Shown here piece after piece: positions 13,012 to 23,616 of a stretch of DNA of 64,000 nt; within the stretch, counting starts at the first letter, position 1, and each line of letters opens with the position of its first letter. The stretch comes from an uncultured Alphaproteobacteria bacterium (GTDB lineage Bacteria; Pseudomonadota; Alphaproteobacteria; Rhizobiales; Xanthobacteraceae): positions 62,612 through 126,611 of the forward strand of contig CAWBHU010000005.1 in NCBI GenBank assembly GCA_963788805.1, written 5' to 3'. The translations under genes and the position numbers were made by a program. The notes below the pieces were generated by a model. It saw nothing but the letters and a program-made list of their open reading frames with translations. It had not been told where the DNA came from and did not search any database.

Positions 13012-13038
13012 AACGCGGCGTTTCAAACGAGGGCATCG

Positions 13039-13437
13039 ATGACCAAAGAATTGCTGTGGCTCACGCTCACCATCATTCTCACCGGCGTCTTGTGGGTGCC
13101 CTACATCATCGATCGCATCCAGGTGCGCGGCCTGAAGGGCGCGATGGCCAATCCGTCGCGGCGCGACAAGCCGCAGTCGCCCTGGGCGGAGCGGCTTTAT
13201 TTCGCGCACACCAACGCGGTCGATAATCTCGTCATCTTCGCGCCGCTGGTTCTGATGCTCGACGCGCTCGGCCATTCGACGCCCGCCACGGTGTGGGCCT
13301 GCGCGGTCTATTTCTTCGCGCGGCTCGCGCACGCGATCGTTTACGCGCTCGGCATTCCGGTGGCGCGCACGCTCGCCTTTGCGGTGGGCTTTGCCGCGCA
13401 GGCCGTGCTGGTGCTGGCGGTATTCGGGCAGGTCTAG
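13039..13437 (+). CDS. MAPEG family membrane protein
   Basis: Four TM segments, [29 protein letters not shown]. Confidence 0.85.
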   Translation: MTKELLWLTLTIILTGVLWVPYIIDRIQVRGLKGAMANPSRRDKPQSPWAERLYFAHTNAVDNLVIFAPLVLMLDALGHSTPATVWACAVYFFARLAHAIVYALGIPVARTLAFAVGFAAQAVLVLAVFGQV

Positions 13438-14492
13438 GGAAACAGCGCGACCTGCTCGAGCCCCATCGTCTCGGGGAAGCCGAGCAGGAGATTGGCGTTC
13501 TGGATCGCCTGACCCGAGGCGCCCTTCACCAGGTTGTCGAGCGCCGCAATGACGATGGCGCGGCCCTCGATCCGGTCCTTCGCCACCCCGATGAAGGTCA
13601 TGTTGGAGCCGCGGATGTGCCGGGTGTGCGGCGTCTCGCCGAACGGCAAAACATGCACGAACGGTTCCTTCTCGTAATACTTTAAAAGTATCGCATGAAG
13701 GTCTTGCGCGGTCCGGCCGCGCTTTCCCCGCACGTAAATCGTCGAGAGGATGCCCCGGTTCATCGGCACCAGATGCGGGGTGAAGGTCACGGTGACCGGC
13801 TTCCCGGCTGCGAGCGAGAACTCCTGGTCGAGCTCGGCCATGTGGCGATGTTGGCCGACGCCATAGGCGTTGAAGCCCTCGGAGACTTCCGAGAACAGCA
13901 TCGACTCTTTCGCCGACCGCCCTGCCCCGGTCATGCCGGACTTGGCGTCGATCACGATCTCGTCGGTGTCGATCGCCTTGCTCTCGATCAGCGGCACCAG
14001 CGGCAGCTGCGCGCAGCTCGTGTAGCAGCCCGGATTGGCGATGAGCCGCGCCTTCTTGATGTCGCGCCGGTGCACCTCGACGAGGCCGTACACGGCCTCC
14101 TTCTGAAGCTCGGGCGCGTGGTGCTCATGGCCGTACCATTTGGCGTAGGCGGCGGTGTCGTGCAGCCGGAAGTCGGCCGACAGGTCGACCACCTTGGTGT
14201 TGGGCGCCTTGGCCAGAAGATCGCTGATCACCTTCTGGGTGGTGGCATGCGGCAGCGCGCAGAACGCCAGATCGAGGCCTGCGGCGGCCCAATCGACGCT
14301 GTCGATCGAGACCAGCTTCGGCAGCGGATACGGCGAGAACTGCGGATAGACCTCCCGCATCTCCTTGCCGGCGCTGCGGTCGGCGGTGAGCAGCACGATC
14401 TCGGCGCGCGGATGGCGCAGCAGAAGCCGCACCAGATCCGAGCCGGTATAGCCGGACGCGCCGAGCACGCCGATTTTCGCTTTGGTCGCCAT
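13434..14492 (-). CDS. argC: N-acetyl-gamma-glutamyl-phosphate reductase
   Basis: GASGYTG, ALPH, DLSADFRL, ANPGCY, DNLVKGASGQAIQN. Confidence 0.97.
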   Translation of the reverse strand: MATKAKIGVLGASGYTGSDLVRLLLRHPRAEIVLLTADRSAGKEMREVYPQFSPYPLPKLVSIDSVDWAAAGLDLAFCALPHATTQKVISDLLAKAPNTKVVDLSADFRLHDTAAYAKWYGHEHHAPELQKEAVYGLVEVHRRDIKKARLIANPGCYTSCAQLPLVPLIESKAIDTDEIVIDAKSGMTGAGRSAKESMLFSEVSEGFNAYGVGQHRHMAELDQEFSLAAGKPVTVTFTPHLVPMNRGILSTIYVRGKRGRTAQDLHAILLKYYEKEPFVHVLPFGETPHTRHIRGSNMTFIGVAKDRIEGRAIVIAALDNLVKGASGQAIQNANLLLGFPETMGLEQVALFP

Positions 14493-14603
14493 AGGTCAGT
14501 CCTCGCTTACGGTCTTAACGGACCGCCGGAGCAAGGCCAACAGCGCGGGAGGTTTATAAGGAGCGCCGCGGCGATGATCCGGCGGCACTTGGTGAATGAC
14601 GCG

Positions 14604-14669
14604 TTAGCGCGCCCGTGCCGCGGTGAAGCGGCGGCGGCGGAAAACAGATGCTGCGGCGTCTTTCGTCAT
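14604..14669 (-). CDS. Putative arginine-rich leader peptide of argC (MTKDAAASVFRRRRFTAARAR)
   Basis: ATG ACG AAA GAC GCC GCA GCA TCT GTT TTC CGC CGC CGC CGC TTC ACC GCG GCA CGG GCG CGC TAA; ends 111 nt upstream of the argC start; ATG lies at the predicted transcription start. Confidence 0.65.
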   Translation of the reverse strand: MTKDAAASVFRRRRFTAARAR

Positions 14670-14675
14670 GGCGGC

Positions 14676-14705
14676 GATATAGGGCGCGCCCATAAAGTCG
14701 TCAAT
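14676..14705 (-). promoter_or_regulatory. Sigma70-type promoter of the argC leader
   Basis: Minus strand ATTGAC-N17-CTATAT (rhizobial consensus CTTGAC-N17-CTATAT), 7 nt before the leader ATG. Confidence 0.75.
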
Positions 14706-14713
14706 GCCGAAGC

Positions 14714-14741
14714 AAAAAGGCCGCCCGTGCGGGCGGCCTTT
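14714..14741 (-). terminator. Intrinsic terminator after the MBL hydrolase gene
   Basis: Stem AAAGGCCGCCC/GGGCGGCCTTT with a U-tract on the minus strand; insulates the argC promoter. Confidence 0.75.
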
Positions 14742-14763
14742 CCGACTTCGTATGACTTGCAAA

Positions 14764-15748
14764 TCAACTAATGCCGCCATTCGCCGCGATCAGCCGGTAA
14801 CCATTCCCGGCCTTTTCAACATAACTGACGGTGCCGAAGGGGAAGTGATAGCCGATCACCGGCAATTTCTCCGCTACCGCCATGTCGTAAATCTTCTTGC
14901 GGGTCGCGACTGCAACTTCCTTGTCGTTATCGAACAGGATCTGCAGGTCCGGATTTTTCACGAAGATATCCGGCGCCAGCGCGATGTCGCCCTGGATCAA
15001 GACGCGCTTGTTGCCAGAAGCGACCACGAACGAGGTGTGTCCCGGCGTATGGCCAGGCGACGCGATCGCCGTGATGCCGGGTGCGATCTCCTTGCCGGCT
15101 TCGTACTGCGTGACCTTGAGACCCTCAAATACCTTCTTCACGTTGGCGAAGTTGCCCTTGTTGGTCGGGCTGGCCTTTTCCATGTTGGCTTCGTTGGTGA
15201 AGAACGCGTGCTCGGTCGCCGGCACCATGATCTCGGCCTTCGGGAAGGCCGGCGTGCCGTCGGGATTCTTCAGTCCGCCGATATGATCGCCGTGGAAGTG
15301 CGAGATCAGCACGATGTCGACCGCGCCGGCGTCGATGCCTGCAGCCGCGAGATTTGCGCGGTGATGGCCCGCCTCGCCGTTGGTTTGCGCGATCGCTCCG
15401 CTGCCATGCCCGGTATCGATCACGATGGTCTTGCCGCCGGCCTTCACCGCGACCGGGCAGTACGGATTACGGAAAATACCACCCGGCATATAGGCCTGCT
15501 CGAAGAGCGTACCGAGTTGCTCCTTCGAAGACATTGGCGATGAAGTTATCCGGATACTTGATCAGGCGGATGCCTTCGAGAATCTGGATGACTTCGGCGT
15601 CACCCAGGCGATGGCGGAACACGCCACTGGTACTGCTGGCCGCAGCCTGCGCCAGAGCCGGCGTCAGGGAAGCCGGTGAAAGTGTGGCGGCGGCTGCCGT
15701 CAACGCAGCTGCTCCCGCAAGAAGATCGCGGCGTTTGAATTCTGTCAT
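14764..15748 (-). CDS. Tat-exported MBL-fold metallohydrolase (frameshift near 15530)
   Basis: KRRDLL Tat signal; SHFHGDHIGG, GHTPGH, QGD, GYHFPF. Confidence 0.85.
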
Positions 15749-15957
15749 TGTCGTTGCTCCCTCCAATTATTGTCGCGCTTATGCGCGCGCGCAGCGCTTT
15801 CGTCACGTGATCAACCCCAAGTCTTTTCACTTATTCCGCACTGCGCAAGAGGTATTCCTCTAGGCCATTTCCAGTGACCGCTCCGATAACATCCTGCCTT
15901 CGAGATGTGCGACGAACGGCGGCACGCCAAGCGCCGGGCACAAAATGGAGGGAGGAA

Positions 15958-16476
15958 ATGCGTTCGTCCTTGATAGCTGGACTGGCCTTCGCGACGCGTT
16001 CTTTTTGCCGCACCCGTTTACGCGCAACAGCCGGCGGCGCCTGCCGCCGCACCGCCCTGCTACGCCACCGCCGGGCTATGGCGCGCCGATCATCGCTCGA
16101 AGATGCGAAGAAAGTCGCAGCGGGCGCGGAAGCTGAAATGAAGAAAAACAACTGGAACTTGGTCATCGCCATCGTCGGCCCGTCCGGCGATCTCGTCTAT
16201 CTGCAAAAGGCCGATCTCGCAGCGGTCGCGTCGGTCACCGTCGCGCAGGAAAAGGCGCAAGACGTCCGCGACGTTTCGCTGCGCCGACCAAGACCTTCAT
16301 GGACGTCTCGCCAACGGCGAAACCTATTTGCTTCGCCTGCCCGGCGCATACGCCGGTCGCCGGCGGTCATTCCGATCGTGATGGGCGGCAAGGTGGTCGG
16401 GGCAATTGGCATCAGCGGCGCCAGCGCCCTGCAAGACCATCAGACCGCGCAGGCCGGCATCGACGCGCTGAAGTAA
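15958..16476 (+). CDS. GlcG/HbpS-family heme-binding protein (internal frameshifts)
   Basis: IAIVGPSGDLVYLQK, AQEKA, PIVMGGKVVGAIGISGASALQD. Confidence 0.8.
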   Translation: MRSSLIAGLAFATRSFCRTRLRATAGGACRRTALLRHRRAMARRSSLEDAKKVAAGAEAEMKKNNWNLVIAIVGPSGDLVYLQKADLAAVASVTVAQEKAQDVRDVSLRRPRPSWTSRQRRNLFASPARRIRRSPAVIPIVMGGKVVGAIGISGASALQDHQTAQAGIDALK

Positions 16477-16492
16477 TCTGATCGAGTCGATG

Positions 16493-16530
16493 AACGCGCC
16501 GGGCGATGAAAGCCCGGCGCGTTTTCTTTT
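16493..16530 (+). terminator. Intrinsic terminator between convergent genes
   Basis: AACGCGCCGGGC-GATGAAA-GCCCGGCGCGTT followed by TTCTTTT. Confidence 0.75.
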
Positions 16531-17063
16531 ATGGCCAGAAACGGCTGACCGTCTGCGAGATGGCGTCACCGAGCAGAAGCAATACGGCCGCCCATAAAAA
16601 CGCCGACGCAAAGTTGGCGAGCTGGAAGCGCCAATACGGCATCTCGAAAATGCCGGCGACCAGCGGCACCGAAGCGCGCAGCGGCCCGGAAAAGCGGGCG
16701 ATGAAGATGCCGAGCACGCCCCACTTTTTCACGAACTTCTCTCCGCGCGGAATGAGAGTCGGATGGCGCGACAGCGGCCACATGTGCTGCACGCGATGCT
16801 CGAGCTTGCGGCCGATCCAGTAAGACAGCCAGTCGCCGAGCGCTGCACCGATCGAGGCTGCGATCCAGACCGGGATGATGATGTGGAAGCCCTGGCTGGC
16901 AACGATCGCGCCGATCGCGACCAGCGCCGCCCAGGCGGGAATGCAGCAGCGAGATGAAGGCAAGGGATTCGGCGAAGGCGAGCGCGAACATGATTGGCGC
17001 CGCCCAGATCGCGTTGCGCTGGACGACCGCCATGATGGCCTGAAAGTGCTCTTCGAATCCCAT
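16529..17063 (-). CDS. DedA family membrane protein (frameshift near 16945)
   Basis: FALAFAESLAFISLL, GAALGDWLSYWIG, RFSGPLRASVPLVAG. Confidence 0.9.
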
Positions 17064-17116
17064 GTGAGCGTGCCCTGCGCCGATCATCTAGCGCGGGCGG
17101 ATTCGTCGCGCCAGCG

Positions 17117-18220
17117 TCACTTCGGCAGCGCGGATTCGTCTTTCGGCAGAAGGTGAGAAGAGACGACCAGCATCGACGATCAGCAGCGGCACGGCAAGAA
17201 AAGCGCCGATCGGTCCCCACAGCCAGGTCCAGAACACCAGCGACAGAAACACCGTCAGCGGGTTGAGCGTGAGCTGCCGGCCCATGATCGCAGGCGTGAT
17301 GAAATGGCCCTCGAGCACGGTGAAAGCGAGATACAGCGCCGGACCAAGCAGTGCGTGGCCGAGCGTCTCAAAGGTGACGAGCCCGACGCTCAGCATGACG
17401 AGCTGCATCATGAACGCGCCGATATATGGAATGAAGTTGAGCAGGAAGCCGAGCACGCCCCACGCAAGCGGGCTTGGCAGCCCGACCGCGTAAGCGATTG
17501 CAAATGCGGTCAGTCCGACGATCGTGTTGATGACGACGACGATGCTGAGGTAGTGCGTCAGGCTGTGCTCGATGTCGTTCATGATGCGCAGCATCCGCAA
17601 GCGGGATTCGCGCGCCTCGAAAAACGCGACAAACTTGCGGCGAACCTGGTTACGGCCGAACAGATAAAAGAACAGCGTGCCCAGGAAGATCACCACCTGG
17701 CCGATGGCCGGCGTGACGAACAGAACCACCGGCTGCAGCACCGCGAGGAGATCGACGTTGACGCCGGGCTCATCCTTGCTGGCGGGCAGCACGGCCTCGC
17801 GAAGCTGACGAAATGACTCCAGCGGGCGGTCCAGCACGCTCATCTTTTGCCGGATGCTGGCGCCGATCTCCGGCGCCTTGCCGATCCATTCGCCGACCGG
17901 GGCCGCAAGAATGACAATGACGACGTTGAAAATGCTCGACCACCAGCAAAGTGAGCACGATCGCGGTGATGACCGAGGGAATGCGCAGCCGGTCAGCTTG
18001 CGCCGACTAACGGCCCGAGCATCAGGCCGACGACGAGTGCGGTGGTCGCCGGCAACAGCATCGGCCGCGCAAACCACAAAGCCCCGAGAACCATCAGGAC
18101 GAAAATGCCGATGATCGCGACTTCGCCCGCGCTGCGCCGGAAGGTGGTGTCGCCGGCAGGCGCCGCCTCTTCAGGTGCGGCGACAAGACGGCGCTCGCCG
18201 GGGGCCGGCGCGACTTTCAT
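17117..18220 (-). CDS. AI-2E family transporter (frameshifts)
   Basis: LLNFIPYIG, LEGHFITPAIMGRQLTLNP, WLWGPIGAFLAVPLL. Confidence 0.85.
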
Positions 18221-18400
18221 TTTTTCCACGGATTGGCTCGCTTTCACAGCGCGAAATCGAATGGTGCAGCAGATAACGACGCTGGGCAACTTTAGTTTCC
18301 GACGCAGTGCGGCGCCGAGGTTGTTGACATGGCCCGGGGACGCACCCGATTGTGACGCAGATAAAAACAAAGACGCCGCATGGCGTCAGGGGAGGATTCA

Positions 18401-19471
18401 ATGACGTTTCGGACTTTGACGCGCGTTGCCGCCGGTCTGGCGCTCGCGCTGGTGTGCTCGGCGGCGTCCGCGCAGGACGTGATCCGGCTGCGCATCGCCT
18501 CCGGCCATCCGCCGGCGAACACTTACGTCAACCTGATGCAGAATTTCTTCGTGCCGGAGGTGACCAAGCGCGTCGCCGCGAAGACCAAGTACAAGGTCGA
18601 ATTCATCGAAGGCTATGGCGGCGCGATGGTGAAGGTCGCCGACACGCTCGAAGGCGTGCAGGCCGGCATCATCGACATCGGCGGCTACTGCTTCTGCTTC
18701 GAGCCGTCCAACCTGCCGCTGCACGCGTTCCAGATCATGCTGCCGTTCGGCACCATGGACCCGGAGACCAGCCTGAAGGTCGCGCGCGCCGTGTACGACA
18801 AGGTGCCGTACATGTCGAAAGTGTTCGAGGACAAATTCCGGCAGAAGCTGATCGCGCTGATCGCCGACAATGGCTACAACCTCGGCACCAACTTCGAATG
18901 GAACAGCGTCGCCGACATCAAGGGCCAGAAGATCGCGGGCGCCGGCCTTAACCTGAAGTGGCTGGAGTTCGCCGGCGCGACGCCGGTGCAGTCCTCGCTG
19001 GTCGACGCCTACACATCGATGCAGACCGGCGTCTACAACGGCTGGATCATGTTCCCGTCGGGCTGGGTCAACTTCAAGCTCTATGAAGTCGGCAAGTTCT
19101 ATACCGAGATCGGCTTCGGCGCGATCACCTGGCACGGGCTGACCATCAACACCAACCGCTGGAACAGCCTGCCGAAGGAAGTGCAGGACGTGATCGCGGA
19201 AGTCGCCAAGGAGTACGAGGCGAAGACCGGCTCGGTGAACAAGGCCGACTATCCCAAGCAGATCGAGGAGCTCAAGGCGAAGGGCGTCAACGTCCGCCAG
19301 CTGCCGGACAAGGTGCGGCAGGACTGGGCGCAGTCGCTCTCCAAGTGGCCGGCCGAGAAGGCCAAGGAGCTCGACGGCGCCGGCCTGCCCGGCTCGCAGG
19401 TGCTCGAGATCGCGCTCAAGGCGGCCGAAGACAACGGCCACAAATGGCCGCTGCGCTATAACCTGAAATAA
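18401..19471 (+). CDS. dctP: TRAP transporter substrate-binding protein
   Basis: Signal peptide, DctP-like fold (YTSMQTGVYNG, WNSLPKEVQ), upstream of dctQ/dctM. Confidence 0.85.
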   Translation: MTFRTLTRVAAGLALALVCSAASAQDVIRLRIASGHPPANTYVNLMQNFFVPEVTKRVAAKTKYKVEFIEGYGGAMVKVADTLEGVQAGIIDIGGYCFCFEPSNLPLHAFQIMLPFGTMDPETSLKVARAVYDKVPYMSKVFEDKFRQKLIALIADNGYNLGTNFEWNSVADIKGQKIAGAGLNLKWLEFAGATPVQSSLVDAYTSMQTGVYNGWIMFPSGWVNFKLYEVGKFYTEIGFGAITWHGLTINTNRWNSLPKEVQDVIAEVAKEYEAKTGSVNKADYPKQIEELKAKGVNVRQLPDKVRQDWAQSLSKWPAEKAKELDGAGLPGSQVLEIALKAAEDNGHKWPLRYNLK

Positions 19472-19477
19472 GATCCC

Positions 19478-19501
19478 GAGGGGCCGCTGCGGCGGCCCCT
19501 C
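19478..19501 (+). other. GC-rich stem-loop between dctP and dctQ (mRNA stabiliser or partial terminator)
   Basis: GAGGGGCCGC-TGCG-GCGGCCCCTC perfect 10-bp stem. Confidence 0.5.
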
Positions 19502-19525
19502 TCCCTTCCTGCTAGGCTTACATCC

Positions 19526-20052
19526 GTGATCGAAGACCTCAACGCGCGCGTCGTGCGGCTGCTGCTCGCCGCAGCCGCGATCATCATCTTCCTGCTCGGC
19601 TTCCTGGTCTGCGCCGACATTTTCGGCCGCGCGATCTTCAATTCTCCGGTGAAAGGCACGCCGGAAATCGTCTCGATGTCGATCGTCATCATCTGCTTCC
19701 TGCTCGCCGGCTATTCGGTGCAGAGCAACAGCATGATCTCGACCGACGTGTTCTCCGGCATGTTCGGCGCGCGCGGCATCGCCTTCTCTCAATTGCTGTC
19801 GGCGATTTTCGGCCTGCTGTTCTTCGGCATCATCGTGTGGGGCAGCTACGAGCCGCTGCTGCACGCCATCAACACCGGCGAATATGAAGGCGAAGGTGCG
19901 CTGCGCGTGCCGGTCTGGCCGACGCGACTGATCGTGGTCGTCGGCTCGGCTCTGGTTGTCGTCAGCTACGTGCTTGTACGGGCTCAACGCGATCCGCGCT
20001 CTGCGCAGCGGACGGCTTGCCGAGTCCGACGCCGCGCCGCCAGCTGGCCTGA
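19526..20052 (+). CDS. dctQ: TRAP small permease (3' end uncertain because of frameshift near 19975)
   Basis: Four TM segments, ADIFGRAIFNSPVKGTPEIV, VPVWP. Confidence 0.75.
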
Positions 20053-20060
20053 GAACGCAC

Positions 20061-21419
20061 ATGCTCGGCAATTTCGAAATGTTCACGATCGTGCTGGTGC
20101 TGCTCGCGCTGGTCTTCGCCGGCGTGCACATCGCGATCGCGCTCGGCATCACCGCGGCGCTCGGCCTTTATCTCATGACGGACCAGTTCGAGACGGTCCG
20201 TACCTTTGTCGCCAATACCGCCTATGAAGCGCTGCGCGACTATGTGTTCGCGGTCATTCCGCTCTTCATGCTGATGGGCGATTTTCTGGCGAAATGCGGC
20301 GCGGCCCGCGACCTTTACGCGCTTGGCAACCGGGCCAGCAAATGGCTGCCGGGCCGGCTTGCCGTCGCGACGATTGTCGCCAATGCGCTGTTCGGTTTCG
20401 TGACCGGCGTGAGCATCGCCGCCGCCGCCGCCTTCTCGCGCATCGCCTATCCCGAAATGCGCCGTTACGGCTACCGGCGCGACTTCGCGCTCGGCTCGGT
20501 GGCGGGTAGCGCCTGCCTCGGCATGCTGATCCCGCCATCGGTGCTGATGATCGTGTGGTGCGTGCTCACCGAGCTGTCGATCGGCAAGGTGTTTCTCGCC
20601 GGCGTCATCCCCGGCCTGCTGGCTGCAGCCGGCATGGTGCTCTACGTCGTGGTGGCAGCGAAGCTCAAGCCTGAGCTGGTCGGCGAAGCACACGCCGCGC
20701 CCACGGCGCTGCGGCCCTTGAGCGCGGATGTTGCGCGAGCGCCCGTTCCCGAGATGGATGACGCGGAATTCCGCCGCATCGTGATCAGCACGCTGATGGT
20801 GATCGCGCTGATCCTCGGCACGCTCGGCTCGATCTGGCTCGGTCTGTGTACGCCAACGGAAGGCGCCGGCATTGGCGCGGTCGGCGCGCTTATCCTGGCG
20901 ATGATCAAGGGCATCAAGCCGCGGGAAGTCTGGCAGGTCGTGCTCGACGTCGGCCGGACCTCGGGGCCCTTGCTGCTGCTCTTGTTCTGCGCGCAGCTTT
21001 ACTCACGCGTTCTCTCCATGACCGGTTTCACCGAGGCCGCGAAGCAGTTCCTGCTCGCGACCGGCGCCGGGCCGTGGGGCATTCTCGCCGTCATGGTGCT
21101 GATCTGGTTCGTGCTCGGCATGCTGATCGATTCAATTTCGATCATTTTGCTCACGGTGCCGATCTTCGCGCCGATCGCCGTCGCGCTCGGCTTCGATCCG
21201 CTCGCCTTCGCGATCATCGGGATCCTGGCGATTGAGACCGGCCTTCTCACGCCGCCGTTCGGCATCCTGGTCTTCACGGTCAAGTCCGCCGTTCCGGACA
21301 AGAGCGTCACGCTGAGCGAAATCTTCCGCGGCTCGATCCCCTATTGGATCGTGCTGCTCGGGATCGTCGTCCTGCTCGCCGTGTTCCCGAAATTGGCCAC
21401 GTTCCTGCCTTCGCTATAG
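20061..21419 (+). CDS. dctM: TRAP large permease
   Basis: IPLFMLMG, LGMLIPPS, TPTEGAG, GLLTPPFG. Confidence 0.9.
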   Translation: MLGNFEMFTIVLVLLALVFAGVHIAIALGITAALGLYLMTDQFETVRTFVANTAYEALRDYVFAVIPLFMLMGDFLAKCGAARDLYALGNRASKWLPGRLAVATIVANALFGFVTGVSIAAAAAFSRIAYPEMRRYGYRRDFALGSVAGSACLGMLIPPSVLMIVWCVLTELSIGKVFLAGVIPGLLAAAGMVLYVVVAAKLKPELVGEAHAAPTALRPLSADVARAPVPEMDDAEFRRIVISTLMVIALILGTLGSIWLGLCTPTEGAGIGAVGALILAMIKGIKPREVWQVVLDVGRTSGPLLLLLFCAQLYSRVLSMTGFTEAAKQFLLATGAGPWGILAVMVLIWFVLGMLIDSISIILLTVPIFAPIAVALGFDPLAFAIIGILAIETGLLTPPFGILVFTVKSAVPDKSVTLSEIFRGSIPYWIVLLGIVVLLAVFPKLATFLPSL

Positions 21420-21520
21420 GCAATTCACAGCGGACAACGCAGCCGCGCCGCTTCGGGCGGTGTATGCCATGGCATAGTGGCTGGCGAATGATTCGCAGCT
21501 CACCCTATATAAAGTCCGCA

Positions 21521-23585
21521 ATGGCCAAGTCCGCGACCAAGAAGAAAAAATCCGCGCAAACCGATCTGTTCGAATTGCCGCCCGCCGCGCAAAGCAAAAA
21601 AGTCCGCCGCGACGCGGCAAGGCGCCCGCCCGCGTGAGCGACGGCAGCTACACGGCAGCCGACATCGAAGTGCTGGAGGGGCTCGAGCCGGTGCGCCGCC
21701 GGCCCGGCATGTATATCGGCGGCACCGACGAGAAGGCGCTGCATCACCTGTTCGCCGAAGTGATCGACAATTCGATGGACGAGGCGCTGGCCGGCCACGC
21801 GACCTGGATCGAGGTCGAGATGGAAGCCAACGGCTACGTCTCGATCACCGACAACGGCCGCGGCATTCCGGTCGATCCGCATCCGAAGTTCAAGAGCAAG
21901 TCGGCGCTCGAAGTGATCATGTGCACGCTGCACGCCGGCGGCAAATTCGACTCCAAGGTCTATGAGACGTCGGGCGGCTTGCACGGCGTCGGCGTCTCGG
22001 TGGCCAACGCGCTGTCCGAGCGCATGGAAGTCGAGGTCGCGCGCGACCAGACGCTGTGGAAGATGGCGTTCGAGCGCGGCAAGCCAAAAGGCAAGCTCAC
22101 CAAGGCCGGCCGCGCGCCCAATCGGCGCGGCACCAAGGTGCGCTTCCGGCCCGACCCGCAGATTTTCGGCGACAAGGCGCACTTCCGTCCCGAGCGCGTT
22201 TTCAAGATGGCGCGCTCGAAGGCCTATCTGTTCGGCGGGCGTCGAGATCCGCTGGCACTGCGCCAAAGAGCTGCTCAAGAACGTCGAGAACGTTCCGGAG
22301 ACGGCGACCTTCCACTTCGCCGACGGGCTCAAGGATTATCTGGCCGAAAGCCTGCAAGGCGCGACGCTGGTTCATCCCGACATCTTCACCGGCCATGCCG
22401 GCAAGACCGGCACGCACGGCGCGGCGGAATGGGCGGTCGGCTGGACCGTCGACGCCGATGGCTTCATCCAGTCGTACTGCAACACCATTCCGACGCCGGA
22501 CGGCGGCACTCATGAATCCGGGCTGCGCTCCGCCCTGCTTCGCGGCCTGAAGGATCACGCCGCGCGCATGGGTCAGGACAAGCGCGCCGCGCCGGTGACG
22601 AGCGAAGACGTCATGGTCGGCGCCGGCTCCATGCTCTCGGTGTTCGTGCGCGAGCCGGAATTCCAGGGCCAGACCAAGGACCGCCTCGCCACCGCCGAAG
22701 CGCAGCGCATCGTCGAGAACGCGATCAAGGATCCGTTCGACCACTGGCTCGCGGGCAATCCGCTACAGGCCAGCAAGCTGCTGGATTTCGTGATCGACCG
22801 CGCCGAAGAGCGCCTTCGCCGCCGCTCGCGAGAAGGACATCGCGCGCAAAAGCGCGGTGCGCAAACTCCGCCTGCCCGGCAAGCTTTCCGATTGCACAGA
22901 CAGCGCGGCCGACGGCTCCGAGCTCTTCATCGTCGAGGGTGACAGCGCCGGCGGCTCGGCCAAACAGGCACGCGACCGCCGCTCGCAGGCCGTGCTGCCG
23001 CTGCGCGGCAAGATCCTCAACGTCGCCTCAGCCGGCAAGGACAAGCTCGCGCAGAACGCGCAGATTTCCGATCTGGTGCAGGCGCTCGGCTGCGGCACCG
23101 GCGCGCATTTCCACGACAAGGATCTGCGTTACGGCAAGATCATCATCATGACGGACGCCGACGTTGACGGCGCTCACATCGCCTCGTTGCTGATCACCTT
23201 CTTCTACCGGCAGATGCCGAAGCTGATCGAAGGCGGCAGACTCTATCTCGCCGTGCCGCCGCTCTACCGGCTCTCGCATGGCGGCAAGATCGTTTATGCC
23301 CGCAACGACAAGCACAAGGATGAGCTGCTCAAGAAGCAATTCCACGCCAATGCGAAGGTGGAGATCAGCCGCTTCAAGGGCCTTGGCGAGATGATGGCGG
23401 CGCAGCTCAAGGAAACCACGATGGACCCGAAGAAGCGAACGCTTCTCAAGGTCATGCTGGTGGAGAAAGAGAAGAAGTCGACCCAGAAATCGGTCGAGCG
23501 CCTGATGGGCACCAAAGCGGAAGCCCGCTTCGAGTTCATTCAGGAGAACGCCGAGTTCGCCAGCGAGGCGCTGATCGACCTGTGA
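21521..23585 (+). CDS. parE: DNA topoisomerase IV subunit B (several frameshifts)
   Basis: LEPVRRRPGMYIG, EVIDNSMDE, GGLHGVG, EGDSAGGS, PLRGKILN, MTDADVDG, RFKGLGEM. Confidence 0.93.
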
Positions 23586-23586
23586 T

Positions 23587-23610
23587 CCTCTCCCCGCGGC
23601 GGGAGAGAGG
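23587..23610. repeat. Short palindromic element (CCTCTCCCCGC..GCGGGAGAGAGG) between convergent genes
   Basis: Imperfect inverted repeat resembling REP-like palindromes common in Hyphomicrobiales. Confidence 0.4.
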
Positions 23611-23616
23611 CGATCC

